A stretch of 64,000 bases of DNA from a virus, in IMG/VR virus record IMGVR_UViG_3300042309_002578, positions 32,001-96,000 of that record; one strand, 5' to 3'. The translations under genes were made by a program, and so were the position numbers. Below the pieces are notes generated by a model that had not been told where the DNA came from, made no database searches, and saw only the letters and a program-made list of their open reading frames with translations. Below, one piece after another: positions 1 through 9,965 of the stretch. How positions within the stretch are numbered: position 1 is the first letter of the stretch; each line of letters begins with the position of its first letter.

Positions 1-1245
1 AACGTGGAGATATTCTGATATCTGCTGCCTGAGAACCTCTAAGTCGCCGTTAAAGTTTTTCATGCTTGAGTCATCCAAGCAGTATCCCTGGTACGACATA
101 GGGATAATATGCCCATGAACAGTAACATCGTACCACTCCATGCTTAGAAACCAAGCATTGTAATCATTGTGAACCGTCTTGTACGCTTCCGTTATTTTTG
201 CTTCGGTACTGTTGTGAACGCGCACAACGCGCTTGCCTTCTAGTTTATCCCACTCATTGATGGCTTTTTTAAATATGATGTAGATACCGTTTTCGTATTG
301 GGGTATTTCGACTATTGGTGCATTTACCCCAGCATAACTAAGATTGTGTTTTCTCAATCCTGATTCGTAGTGAACAAAATTATTTACAAACTTAACACCC
401 TTGTTTGTGAATGCCAAAGCTCTTGCACTTGGTGTCTCGTTGTTGGAAAATTCGTCAACAAGCATATTAAGCCATTTGTCTCTGTTGCATACAATCAAAT
501 TCTCCCCATCCGCAAATGGTATGGGATTTACAAATGTCTTGCTCTTCCGCAATGCTTCGACATACTCACCTATTACGCCTGTGTAACGCATTGCTTTAGT
601 TAAGAAGACTGCACGCTTAACTTCAAAGAATATTGGTGACTTCTCGCTTGATTCTACAGGTTTTAGTTGGCTGCGATCGCACGAAATTATCATTGGTGGG
701 CAGTCGGGGATGTTGTTCAGGTATGACCATTGCGTTGGGTTGATCATTGACCCCTCGTCCGCGAGGACAATATCGTTTTCTTGAATCTTGCGTTTGCGGT
801 TGTCAAAGAAAAATTCGTCCTCGCCCATGTCATCAAGGGCTGTTTTAAGACCTAGCTGGGACTGTAGTGTTGAGATTTTCAAATCCCACATCGCATTTTC
901 AACCGCGAGGTCTATCAGGACACGCTTCGCTTTGTGCGTTGGTGCTGTGGCAGCAATTACACACTTTTTTATATTCGTAAGTTCTCTTACGAAGGTCATT
1001 ATGATCGTTGATTTTCCAGCCCCAGGAACGCCTTCAAGCCTAATTGATCTGTCTCGGACAGGGACTTCTCTGGGGATAACCATTGCCTGGATAGCCCAGT
1101 TCACAAGAACCTCTACCGCAGATGTTTGCTCTTTTGTTAGGAGCATACCATTAGGGCTAACAAGTCTTTCTACTGGAGAAGTGTATTTTGGTAGGCTAAA
1201 ATCTGATTCGCTTAACTCAGCAATTGAGTTTGGTAATATAGTCAT
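1..1245 (-). CDS. RecD/Dda-like SF1B DNA helicase (runs off window start)
   Basis: Not in ORF track. Hand translation from ATG at 1245 gives Walker A GVPGAGKST, motif Ia APTHKAKRVL, motif II IVLADEGSMI and motif III-like CDRSQLKPV. Confidence 0.85.
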   Translation of the reverse strand, partial: MTILPNSIAELSESDFSLPKYTSPVERLVSPNGMLLTKEQTSAVEVLVNWAIQAMVIPREVPVRDRSIRLEGVPGAGKSTIIMTFVRELTNIKKCVIAATAPTHKAKRVLIDLAVENAMWDLKISTLQSQLGLKTALDDMGEDEFFFDNRKRKIQENDIVLADEGSMINPTQWSYLNNIPDCPPMIISCDRSQLKPVESSEKSPIFFEVKRAVFLTKAMRYTGVIGEYVEALRKSKTFVNPIPFADGENLIVCNRDKWLNMLVDEFSNNETPSARALAFTNKGVKFVNNFVHYESGLRKHNLSYAGVNAPIVEIPQYENGIYIIFKKAINEWDKLEGKRVVRVHNSTEAKITEAYKTVHNDYNAWFLSMEWYDVTVHGHIIPMSYQGYCLDDSSMKNFNGDLEVLRQQISEYLHV

Positions 1246-1457
1246 TGTTTTTGTTTGTGTTTTGGTTTTTGTGTTTATCGTGCAAACGCACAATTTTATA
1301 TCTAAAAATCCTGCTGTGGTTATAGCTTTCTTGGTGGATTATTGATATAGTTAATTAAAGCCAGATGTCAGTAAGTTTGTTTTGCTGTATTTGTGTTTTT
1401 TGTGTTTTTTTAGTGCCAGGGTTATACAACATAACCTTGGCACTTTTGGTTTAGCCT

Positions 1458-2528
1458 TTAGTATGGAGGCATATCAGCATCGCTTACTTCAATTTTTGCT
1501 GTTACTTGTGTGCCAGCCATGTATGCAGATGCTGGGACTTTCGGTCGCCCAGATGTTGCAGTACCAAACTCTTCGACATCATCTAAGATGTCTAGATTTG
1601 TTGATCCTATTTTCGGAGTGTATTGCTCGTACTTATTGTGGATCGCAATTATAAGCTTTGATAGCTCGGTTTTGCCTTTGATTAGATTCTGCCCCAATTT
1701 TTCTGGGGTAGGGACTTCATATCTTGAAAAGTCGCACACATCCTTGACGTTTGGTGGCGTACCCGCTGGTTTGCTAGTAATTGTCGGCGCAAAGATGCCG
1801 TGTGCGTACCAGATTGAGTTCATTTTCTTGGGTTTCTTTTCGCCACGAAGTTGGGCGTAGGCAAGTTCTAGTTCGGCTATAAAGCCTTTCTCAAGCTTCA
1901 GTTCTCTGTCGTATGATCTGTAAGAGACCCCAAACCTCGTTCCCCCTGCGCCACCTAATTTTATTTTTAAGGGCATTGGTAAGGCTTCTTCGGATTCTGG
2001 ATCAAATTCGTCACCCTCTGGGATTGAATGAAGCAATTCGTTGTTCTTGCCGAGTATTAGAATGAATGCTTCAGTGAAAGTCTTGTGAAGCAGGTTGTTG
2101 TACACCTTTTCATCAAATTTTCCAACAGTCCGCTTGGTACTTTTGTCAAGCACAAAGACTGGTGTTTTCTTTACTATAACAAAGCGCGGTTTCCGAGTCA
2201 TCCAGAGTTTTTCTGATCCACTAGTGAACTTATAGTCCACTTCTTCCCAGCCATTCTCTGTTAGGCTCGTGCTCGTCAATCCAACCTTTTCTGCGTTGTC
2301 TAGCCGTATTGCAAGTCCGTATGGTTGAAGTCTTGAATTGCCTTCTTCGTCTGAGATAGGCATAGATGGGTTTATTAGTTGAGCAAAGGGATGACCTTCA
2401 TTTCTCTTACTCTCGAATGATTCGTCAAATCCAAATTCATTTTCTGCTGCTGCTGTGTTTATTGCTGTATTTGAGGCAACCATATTTTTTGTGCGTTTTT
2501 TGAGTTTTGTTTTTGTGTGTGTCTCCAC
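1458..2528 (-). CDS. Hypothetical protein, DUF5895-like; possible ssDNA-binding/annealing protein
   Basis: 356 aa, directly upstream of the helicase, acidic C-terminal tail ending in an aromatic residue (DADMPPY). Family call is from recalled resemblance only. Confidence 0.4.
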   Translation of the reverse strand: METHTKTKLKKRTKNMVASNTAINTAAAENEFGFDESFESKRNEGHPFAQLINPSMPISDEEGNSRLQPYGLAIRLDNAEKVGLTSTSLTENGWEEVDYKFTSGSEKLWMTRKPRFVIVKKTPVFVLDKSTKRTVGKFDEKVYNNLLHKTFTEAFILILGKNNELLHSIPEGDEFDPESEEALPMPLKIKLGGAGGTRFGVSYRSYDRELKLEKGFIAELELAYAQLRGEKKPKKMNSIWYAHGIFAPTITSKPAGTPPNVKDVCDFSRYEVPTPEKLGQNLIKGKTELSKLIIAIHNKYEQYTPKIGSTNLDILDDVEEFGTATSGRPKVPASAYMAGTQVTAKIEVSDADMPPY

Positions 2529-2625
2529 ATTTCTATAATAGCAGCAATATTTGGATTTGGCAAGATAAATAAACTAATAACATATATTTTATACGGCAAA
2601 ATATATGTTATTATATAAATAATGT

Positions 2626-3471
2626 TTATATATTAATGTTTGGCATAAAAGACCTCCTAACAATTTCGATCATTTTTTCTCCTGGTATTTCCATCTCTCG
2701 TGAGAGGATGACAACGGTCGCAATATGTGGATCAGACCCAGACAACAAATTAAAAGCGAGAGCTTTAGCTTTTGACTCCTCTTCGTATCCTGAAATTTTC
2801 ATAATTTCAGAAAGTAGGTGATCATGTCCATGTCTTTTTATGTATCTGTTAACTACATCGCGCAGCTTTAATCCAGATTCTTTTATTGGATATTCTATTG
2901 GATCAGTTTCATGCGGATTGTTTATTCTTTCGGCTTCATTTTTTTTGGATTCAGCGATCGCCTCTTTAGCCATATTCAGAATTTGATCGAAAGTGTAATC
3001 TTTTGTAAAATTACTTAATATTTTAATGGCTTTCTCATTTGCCGTTCTGTGTCTTGTTTTAACACTGCTGTCACCACTATGTAAAACGCGATTAATAACA
3101 TCCCTGTTTAGTCCTTTCTTCCCAAGAAAGTCGCCAGTTAATGCCGCAAAATCATCAAGGGTTAAACCTTTTGCCTCACTTGGCGGGACAGTTGTTCTCC
3201 CATATTTTTTTTCTTGCCTAATTCCCGACCATTTTTTCGCAAAAGTTTGATATTTAATTTCTACCTCACTATCTTTAAGATCGGGATAAGCTCCTTCTAT
3301 CCTTTTTTCTGGAAAATGTGGATCATTAATAATTTGTGAAATTGTCGTAGCTATTTTTGTTTTGTGGTTTTTTTTCCGCAATAATTCACTCCACTCTTCT
3401 GTAAGTAATTCGTCTTTTGCCTCTTCGCTTTGTACCTCTTCGCTTTGTTCTGTTTCAGCATCTGTTAGCAT
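2626..3471 (-). CDS. Hypothetical protein, possible DNA-binding regulator
   Basis: 281-aa ORF divergent from the RNR operon; helical and charged. Confidence 0.45.
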   Translation of the reverse strand: MLTDAETEQSEEVQSEEAKDELLTEEWSELLRKKNHKTKIATTISQIINDPHFPEKRIEGAYPDLKDSEVEIKYQTFAKKWSGIRQEKKYGRTTVPPSEAKGLTLDDFAALTGDFLGKKGLNRDVINRVLHSGDSSVKTRHRTANEKAIKILSNFTKDYTFDQILNMAKEAIAESKKNEAERINNPHETDPIEYPIKESGLKLRDVVNRYIKRHGHDHLLSEIMKISGYEEESKAKALAFNLLSGSDPHIATVVILSREMEIPGEKMIEIVRRSFMPNINI

Positions 3472-3622
3472 TATTTTCTCCTTTGGTCGTATAATTGAGC
3501 TACAAAATAATATTATTACATTTTTATAGAAGATTCACTATATATTTTTCAAAAAATATATAGTGAATCTTCGCTTTGGTTTTTGAAGTCCTTAAAAATA
3601 AATTTTCAATTTTACAATATAA

Positions 3623-5410
3623 TTGTTTGATAACCATTTTTCAATTCCAATGACAGACACAAAAAATGCTACAAGAGTTTCGCCAGAAATTCAATCCCTG
3701 CTTGACTCTCAGTACGTTGCCCCAACAGGCAGAATTAAAGATTTTATTTTAAATCCAGAGTATAAAACTAACGCCCCTAGTTGTATGCTTCGTGTTTGGG
3801 ACAAAAAAATAGGTCTAGGCGCGATGGTAAGTGCAATATCATATTACATCCGCAAAGGTGCAGGAGTTAAAATTCAGTTTGGTGCTGAAAAGGTTGTGTT
3901 TTGGGAAGCTGTCCCTATAGTTTGGAATTTTTACTGTGATCCAAGCCATCCAGACATTGATAAAATGTCTCAAGAGAACAAGGAGGTATATGTAGATAAG
4001 CAAAAATGGGGAGAAATTTTAGAGAAGCAAAATATGTCTTCCGACAAAAATGTTGCAATTATTTTTGTCGGTGACGATATGGATTCAATTGAGGGTAGTT
4101 GGAGATCTTTTATTGATGCAGCCTTGCTAGGCAAACAAATATTTTTGGATTTGTCTGCAATTAGACAGGCTGGGGAGCAGACCTCTACCAAAACTGTCAG
4201 CACGGGTATTTTTGGGCTTGGCAGCACAGACACAGGGTTTATAGAAATATATCGGTGGCTGGCTAAATGTATTGAGAGTGGCGACGTTGGTAGCGTTTTA
4301 CAGCTTTTAAATGGTATCTGTAAAGTTCTAGCTCGTGGTGGGACGACAAAAAAACGGGGCGGGATTGTAACAACCGCGATGGATTACACAAATCCAGATA
4401 TTGAAGAGTATTTAAATTATCCATTAAGCAAAATTTTGGGCGGAAGTAAAAAAGGTCTCCGATACTCTTCGGAGATATTTTCAAACACCAAATTGGTGAA
4501 CTTGGTGATAGAAAAAGTTAACAACGAGTCCTTGATGCTAGAAAAAATAAAAGCACCTGGTCTGTATGCCAATGTCTGTATGGGTATTTATTTAGAAGAT
4601 AAGGCTTCTTGTTTGGTGTCCCCAGTAAATGCTGGGCAAATTGAAAAGCCCGAAGATTTGCCAGAGGCATTATGTGCCGTTGTCAAGTTGCTTGCTTTAA
4701 TTCACTATTCTTGGCGAGATGCTGTTAATGCAAACCCAGAATTATATCTGCCGGCAAACGAGGACAGGCAGATTGCTGTTGGTTGGTTAGGTTGGGCTAA
4801 TTTCCTAAGAAGGCAGGGCGTAACCTATCTAGAGTGCGCCAACAGCATGAGAGCGTTAAGATTGAATGATACTATCAAATATCTTGATAATGGTGGCAGC
4901 TATAAGGGAGTAGAAATTGCGTCATGGCTTAAAACTGCTTATGAAAAGGGGGCTGAGATAGGCGGAGAATTTAATTTAGAAAGAATTTATAGTATTGAAC
5001 CAAACCAGCGTGTCTATTTGGATTACAAGGATATTGATGGGTTTACAACTTGCAGAAATATAAATCCACCATACTCTCGCACACAAGTTCGTGCATCAGA
5101 AGTATACGGAGATGCAATTACAGAGCATGGAGATGTTGAGGTTATGTCCGAGGTTGGGCATGATACTATTCAGCTTTTGTGGGAGGAATTTCAACTTCTC
5201 GCTGAATACACTGGACTGGCTCATGCGGGTAGTTTTGATATTCACCGTAGAATAGACAAAGACTGGTTTGAGGATTTTACATTGCGATCGCCATTGCCAA
5301 CAACATACTATCAAATGGCAGATAGTGTAAATCAGGAGTATTTAAATAAGGGTATTGCAATGACAGCCCAATGCGAAGAGGAAATTTGTATGGTTTGCGG
5401 CGAAGGCTAA
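3623..5410 (+). CDS. nrdA: Ribonucleotide reductase alpha subunit, cyanophage-type class I (likely start 3650)
   Basis: ARGG, finger loop NVC, IAVGWLG, IEPN, TTYY tyrosine pair, C-terminal CMVC; followed by a ferritin-like beta gene. Confidence 0.85.
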   Translation: MFDNHFSIPMTDTKNATRVSPEIQSLLDSQYVAPTGRIKDFILNPEYKTNAPSCMLRVWDKKIGLGAMVSAISYYIRKGAGVKIQFGAEKVVFWEAVPIVWNFYCDPSHPDIDKMSQENKEVYVDKQKWGEILEKQNMSSDKNVAIIFVGDDMDSIEGSWRSFIDAALLGKQIFLDLSAIRQAGEQTSTKTVSTGIFGLGSTDTGFIEIYRWLAKCIESGDVGSVLQLLNGICKVLARGGTTKKRGGIVTTAMDYTNPDIEEYLNYPLSKILGGSKKGLRYSSEIFSNTKLVNLVIEKVNNESLMLEKIKAPGLYANVCMGIYLEDKASCLVSPVNAGQIEKPEDLPEALCAVVKLLALIHYSWRDAVNANPELYLPANEDRQIAVGWLGWANFLRRQGVTYLECANSMRALRLNDTIKYLDNGGSYKGVEIASWLKTAYEKGAEIGGEFNLERIYSIEPNQRVYLDYKDIDGFTTCRNINPPYSRTQVRASEVYGDAITEHGDVEVMSEVGHDTIQLLWEEFQLLAEYTGLAHAGSFDIHRRIDKDWFEDFTLRSPLPTTYYQMADSVNQEYLNKGIAMTAQCEEEICMVCGEG

Positions 5411-5443
5411 TTATTTTTTAAACACGAAACTCACGGATACAAA

Positions 5444-6238
5444 ATGATGAATTTAACTCAGCAAAAGAATAGTGTAAGTTTACAAAATCTGTATGATTTT
5501 AAATGCAAGGAAAATGGGTCACCGCACTTCTGGACACCGCAAGAACTCGACGCGCACGAATATACCTTTGGTGGTGATTTTGGAATCTCTGAAACAATTT
5601 CTAGGGTGCTATCTTTGGCAGACGTACTAGAAGTTGAGGTTGGTGCATATATTGGTGAATTTATCAGGAAGCTTGATGAAAAAACCACGGACGGAATTGT
5701 TGGGAAACTTCTCAAGGCATTTATAAAAGATGAGGCGGTTCACGCACATCAAATTAAATACGCTTTACAAACATATCCGGTGTCCGATTGGCATCGGAAT
5801 GAGGCTGCACTAATTAATGAAGAGTGGAAAAGCGCGGGAGGGCATCCTTTGCAAAAGTCATCAACTTTAGAGGTTGGCGTGTTCCTTGGCTGTTCGCTGC
5901 CAATACTTCTGCGGCTGGGCGGACATTCCTTGTTGTGGGTTAGCGAAATGATTGCAAAGGATGAATTTTTGCACGTTGCTGGTGGCAGGGGAATTTTAAA
6001 TAAGCTTAATTATGGTGCAGTTGATAATTTGATCAGGTTACAGCGCAAAACTGTCGCCTATATCACGGAAAAACTGAATATTCCCTCTCAGCATTTTGGC
6101 TTTGAGGTAAACACTGATTGGTTTCTTCAGCAGTCCAATGAGTTGATTGTTAGTGGTAGCTCTGCGCCACTAACAAGATGGACTGATATCTCGATTTATC
6201 GGGCAAAATTTGAAAACAGCAACAAGTTTATGTATTAA
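5444..6238 (+). CDS. nrdB: Ribonucleotide reductase beta subunit (short, ferritin-like)
   Basis: Dimetal ligands LEVEV, DEAVH, LEVGVF, DEFLH; C-terminal Tyr; adjacent to alpha. Confidence 0.8.
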   Translation: MMNLTQQKNSVSLQNLYDFKCKENGSPHFWTPQELDAHEYTFGGDFGISETISRVLSLADVLEVEVGAYIGEFIRKLDEKTTDGIVGKLLKAFIKDEAVHAHQIKYALQTYPVSDWHRNEAALINEEWKSAGGHPLQKSSTLEVGVFLGCSLPILLRLGGHSLLWVSEMIAKDEFLHVAGGRGILNKLNYGAVDNLIRLQRKTVAYITEKLNIPSQHFGFEVNTDWFLQQSNELIVSGSSAPLTRWTDISIYRAKFENSNKFMY

Positions 6239-6305
6239 ATTAATTATTTGATGATTTGGCATTATTTTCAAATCATCAAATAATTAATTTGTTAAGGCTT
6301 TGGAT

Positions 6306-6626
6306 TTAGTTGTCACGCGTTGCCAATTCTTCAAAACTCAAAACTTCTGGACAGTTAGCAACATCCGTTAATGTTCGCAATCTTTTTCCAATAATAGAAA
6401 GCATTGTTAGTTTTTGAGCAATAGATTTGTTTCGCAGATCGCGTCTAGCAATGTGAAAGTCAATATTTAGTATTTCATTAATTGAAGCCTCTGTGCTTGA
6501 ACTAATTGTTTTTAGGTCAGCGATTCTGTTTAGTGCGTCTTGCTGACTTGTGGCGTTTAGTTTCATGTAAAGCTGCGCCAATTTATCTGATTCAGTTTCA
6601 CATTCAAAAGGTTCTTGTGAATTCAT
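6306..6626 (-). CDS. Hypothetical protein
   Basis: 106-aa ORF downstream of the conserved minus-strand promoter at 6761-6789. Confidence 0.55.
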   Translation of the reverse strand: MNSQEPFECETESDKLAQLYMKLNATSQQDALNRIADLKTISSSTEASINEILNIDFHIARRDLRNKSIAQKLTMLSIIGKRLRTLTDVANCPEVLSFEELATRDN

Positions 6627-6955
6627 TTTTTTGTCCTTTTATCGTTATTTAGTAAAGCTCACTTCCATTTTTAATTTGTTGTGAGGCTTCATAATCTGGA
6701 ACTCCTTGCGTCCAGAAAACCATAAAATCTCGCACGTTTTGTTTTTGATTTCCTTGCTCTATAATACTGTGGTCAACAAATAAAGTCAAGCGACTGGGAA
6801 AATAAAATAATAAAATTGTTCGCAGATTTAAATATATAATATAAATAATTCCCCGTGAATTTACAAATCTCAATATTGGATTAATGTCAGGAGTTTTGGT
6901 ATGTTGGAATCTACATCAAGACTTTTGGCATTTTTTAAATCAAAAATAAAATTAT

Positions 6956-7807
6956 ATGCAAAGACCAACCGCAAATTACTGGAGCGCGATCGCAGATTTA
7001 ATAAAACTTTTACCATATATTCGTGAGCTTGTAACGCGGTCACACGCTATACAGGTGGCAACAGTTACAGACAATCAAGATCCTGCAAATGATCGCCGGA
7101 TAAGGGTTTCAACGGAAGCTATGGGTGGACAAGGACAAAGCTATTGGATTCAAGCTGGGCGCAGTACAAGTTACAGCGACGAGCCAATACCACCGATAGG
7201 AACAACGGTTCTAGTTTGTTTTGTGGAGGGCAATTCGAGTGACGGTTTTTTGCTGAGGACTTTGGCGAACAATAAAAACCCAGCAGACTTATCGCAAACA
7301 AGCCCAGTAAATGATAATACCCAAGAAATACCCGGAGACGAGCGACGGTTGATTGCTGGTGATTGTAAAATTGGGGTTGGCGGAGACAAAGACATAATAG
7401 TGGAGGGGGATTTTACAATTAAATGTAATGGCGAAAAAATAGTTATTAATGCTCCGCAAGGAGATATAGAAGTTGTCTCTTCAGGCGGAGGCAATATCAA
7501 AATTGATGGCAGCTTTAATGTTGATATCAAAACAAAAAAAACAATCAACATAACAGGGAATGAAAAGATTACATTGTCGCAAGGTGGCGCGACTTTTATC
7601 GCAGCGAATGGATATTGGGAAATTAAAAACGCTTCAGGACAGCGATTTAGATTTGGGGGTTCAAATGGTGGTGTCATGGAGCTTGATTTAAATGGATCAA
7701 ACATGAATTTGATAAACGCAACAGATATACAAATTAATGGGAAAAGTATTGCTACTATTGGAGCTACAGATAGTCATGGAGACACAATAGTTAGCCGAGG
7801 ATGGTAA
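6956..7807 (+). CDS. Baseplate spike protein (gpV/gp5-like)
   Basis: N-terminal OB-fold signature (ATVTDNQDP..RIRV..SYW..PPIGTTVLVCF.EG), beta-helix-like repeats, His-containing tip DSHGD. Confidence 0.8.
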   Translation: MQRPTANYWSAIADLIKLLPYIRELVTRSHAIQVATVTDNQDPANDRRIRVSTEAMGGQGQSYWIQAGRSTSYSDEPIPPIGTTVLVCFVEGNSSDGFLLRTLANNKNPADLSQTSPVNDNTQEIPGDERRLIAGDCKIGVGGDKDIIVEGDFTIKCNGEKIVINAPQGDIEVVSSGGGNIKIDGSFNVDIKTKKTINITGNEKITLSQGGATFIAANGYWEIKNASGQRFRFGGSNGGVMELDLNGSNMNLINATDIQINGKSIATIGATDSHGDTIVSRGW

Positions 7808-8004
7808 GATGTGGTATAATATTTGCAGCACCAATTTACTACCTAAAAACGCTAGATGCAAATATCAAGCGTTTTTTTTGTTTTCGCCACCAAATATAAA
7901 TATAATATTGATGCGATATTGATGTTTTTGTTGACAATATTGCTTCAATATGTTACAGTTGTTGTAGAAAACAAGAATAAAAACAAACACAAAAAACACA
8001 AAAA

Positions 8005-9882
8005 ATGATACCAGTAGTGCAAAAAAGTATCCGAGAACTTTCTGAAGAAGAGATAATATCAGACTTGAGATATTATCAAAAAGACTTGTATTTAGGCGTT
8101 AGAGACCAATTTAAGTCTGGAAAAAAATCTGTGATTGTTCAGCTTGCCACAGGTGGCGGTAAAGGCAAAATAATCGCCAAAATAATTACAAAAGCGTGGT
8201 TAAGTGGGTCAAAGATATTATTCCTGTCACATAGAGGCGAGATAATCAAACAGATCCGCCAACATTTAATTACGGCTGGTATAGATAAAAGTGATATCGG
8301 GGTTATTCAAGGACCAAATAGCGGGACTTGGCCATTCACACCATTCAGACCGATTCAAGTTTCTATGATTCAGTCCGTCGCCCAAAATTGGGAACAATGG
8401 AAAGCGGACAGGCTACCATTTAACTTTCAGCTAATTATTATTGATGAATGCCACTTGGCAACCTCAAACAGTTTTGTAGACTTGTTTGCAAACTTGCCAA
8501 AAGCTTACAAGATAGGTTTCACGGCCACACCTGAACCCCCTTATGGAAAAACCTTCAAGGGAATATTTGACACTATTTTATGTGGGGTTTCCCATGCAGA
8601 ATTAATAACTAAAGGGTTTCTGCCAGAAATCGTTTATTATGCGACAACACCTCCCGATCTTGAGGATGTGCCAGTCTATAACGGTGATTATGTTGCAGAA
8701 AAGCTGCAAAACAAGATCAACACCAAGGAACTGCGAGGCGAACTCGTGGCTACATGGGTTAAGCGGGTTAGGAACCCGTACGGGAATCTGCCGACGATTG
8801 TGTTTGCCGGTGGCGTTATCCACTCCAAGGAGATAGCTGCCGAATACAACCAGGCTGGTATCCCTGCGGTTCATATTGATGGCAAAATGCGCCAACCAGA
8901 GCGTAAAGAGGCTCTGCGTAAATTTATCTCTGGTGAGGCACACATATTGTGCAACTGTGACGTTCTCACCGAGGGGTTCGATCTCGAAACATACTGCGAG
9001 ATTTTAGAACTACCTTCAATATCGGTGGGTTGTGTGCAATTAGCATCACCAACAAAACGGATCACAAAAGCCAACCAAAGACGGGGACGAGCAAGGGGTG
9101 TCAAGATAAGTGGCACTAAAAAAGCCATATATTTGGATCACGCAGGAATTATAGATGAACATGGTATGCCTGACGATCCACACCTCTGGACATTGGACGG
9201 GATTAAGAAAGCAAAACCCACCAGCAAGCGATGCCCAGAGGGTGAGAAAGACATTAACGGTGCTTGGGGCTGTGGACGGGCTGATATTCCCAAACTAGAA
9301 GAATACTGCCCACACTGTGGCTTTGAGTTTGATTTATCGAAGCCTGAACCAGAGCCAAAGAAGGGTGGGAGCGATCGCAAAAAAGTTAGACAGAACAAGA
9401 AAATTGAGCTTCAGTTAATTGAGACAAGTTTGAGTGAGAGATTTATAAATCTCATTCAGGAAAGCAGAAATTATCAATGGGCGTTTGAGCAGCTTGGTAA
9501 TTTTTCCCCAGACTACGAAGAGTTGTATTGGGCGTGTAAAAAATGCACCACTAAAGAAGGTAAGCCGTTTAAAGTGACTGCGGCATTTATTCAATGGGTG
9601 CGGGGACAGAAGATTGAGAAGGGTTACCGCTGGACACCAAGTGAAGATCACTTGTTTTATATTATGGGTTTTTTGTTGGAACACAACGAACGCCCTGGCA
9701 ATACTTTCAAAGCGTGGGTTGGGCAAAACCGGAAAATAAACACAGAATGTTTTAGAAATATATCAGAGGCATACGAGTTATGCGCCAAGGTTGCCGAATT
9801 TTGTGGGTATAGTCAACGCTGGGTAACAGACGAAGTTGATAGGTTGACAGCGGTAAATAACGACGAGTATTTCATAGGGTAA
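8005..9882 (+). CDS. SF2 DEAD/DEAH-box helicase with Zn ribbon (UvsW/YejH-like)
   Basis: LATGGGKG, IIIDECH, GFTATP, LTEGFD, QRRGR, CPHCG. Confidence 0.9.
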   Translation: MIPVVQKSIRELSEEEIISDLRYYQKDLYLGVRDQFKSGKKSVIVQLATGGGKGKIIAKIITKAWLSGSKILFLSHRGEIIKQIRQHLITAGIDKSDIGVIQGPNSGTWPFTPFRPIQVSMIQSVAQNWEQWKADRLPFNFQLIIIDECHLATSNSFVDLFANLPKAYKIGFTATPEPPYGKTFKGIFDTILCGVSHAELITKGFLPEIVYYATTPPDLEDVPVYNGDYVAEKLQNKINTKELRGELVATWVKRVRNPYGNLPTIVFAGGVIHSKEIAAEYNQAGIPAVHIDGKMRQPERKEALRKFISGEAHILCNCDVLTEGFDLETYCEILELPSISVGCVQLASPTKRITKANQRRGRARGVKISGTKKAIYLDHAGIIDEHGMPDDPHLWTLDGIKKAKPTSKRCPEGEKDINGAWGCGRADIPKLEEYCPHCGFEFDLSKPEPEPKKGGSDRKKVRQNKKIELQLIETSLSERFINLIQESRNYQWAFEQLGNFSPDYEELYWACKKCTTKEGKPFKVTAAFIQWVRGQKIEKGYRWTPSEDHLFYIMGFLLEHNERPGNTFKAWVGQNRKINTECFRNISEAYELCAKVAEFCGYSQRWVTDEVDRLTAVNNDEYFIG

Positions 9883-9965
9883 ACCAATCAATCAAGTAAT
9901 GCAGTAAAAGCTTAATTACTGCATTAAAAAATAAAACAAGGGTTGACTTTTGTTGTTAGCCGTAG

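Noticed and set aside
370-1345. Plus-strand ORFs 370-603, 401-586, 788-1345
   Set aside because: Antisense shadows of the minus-strand helicase.
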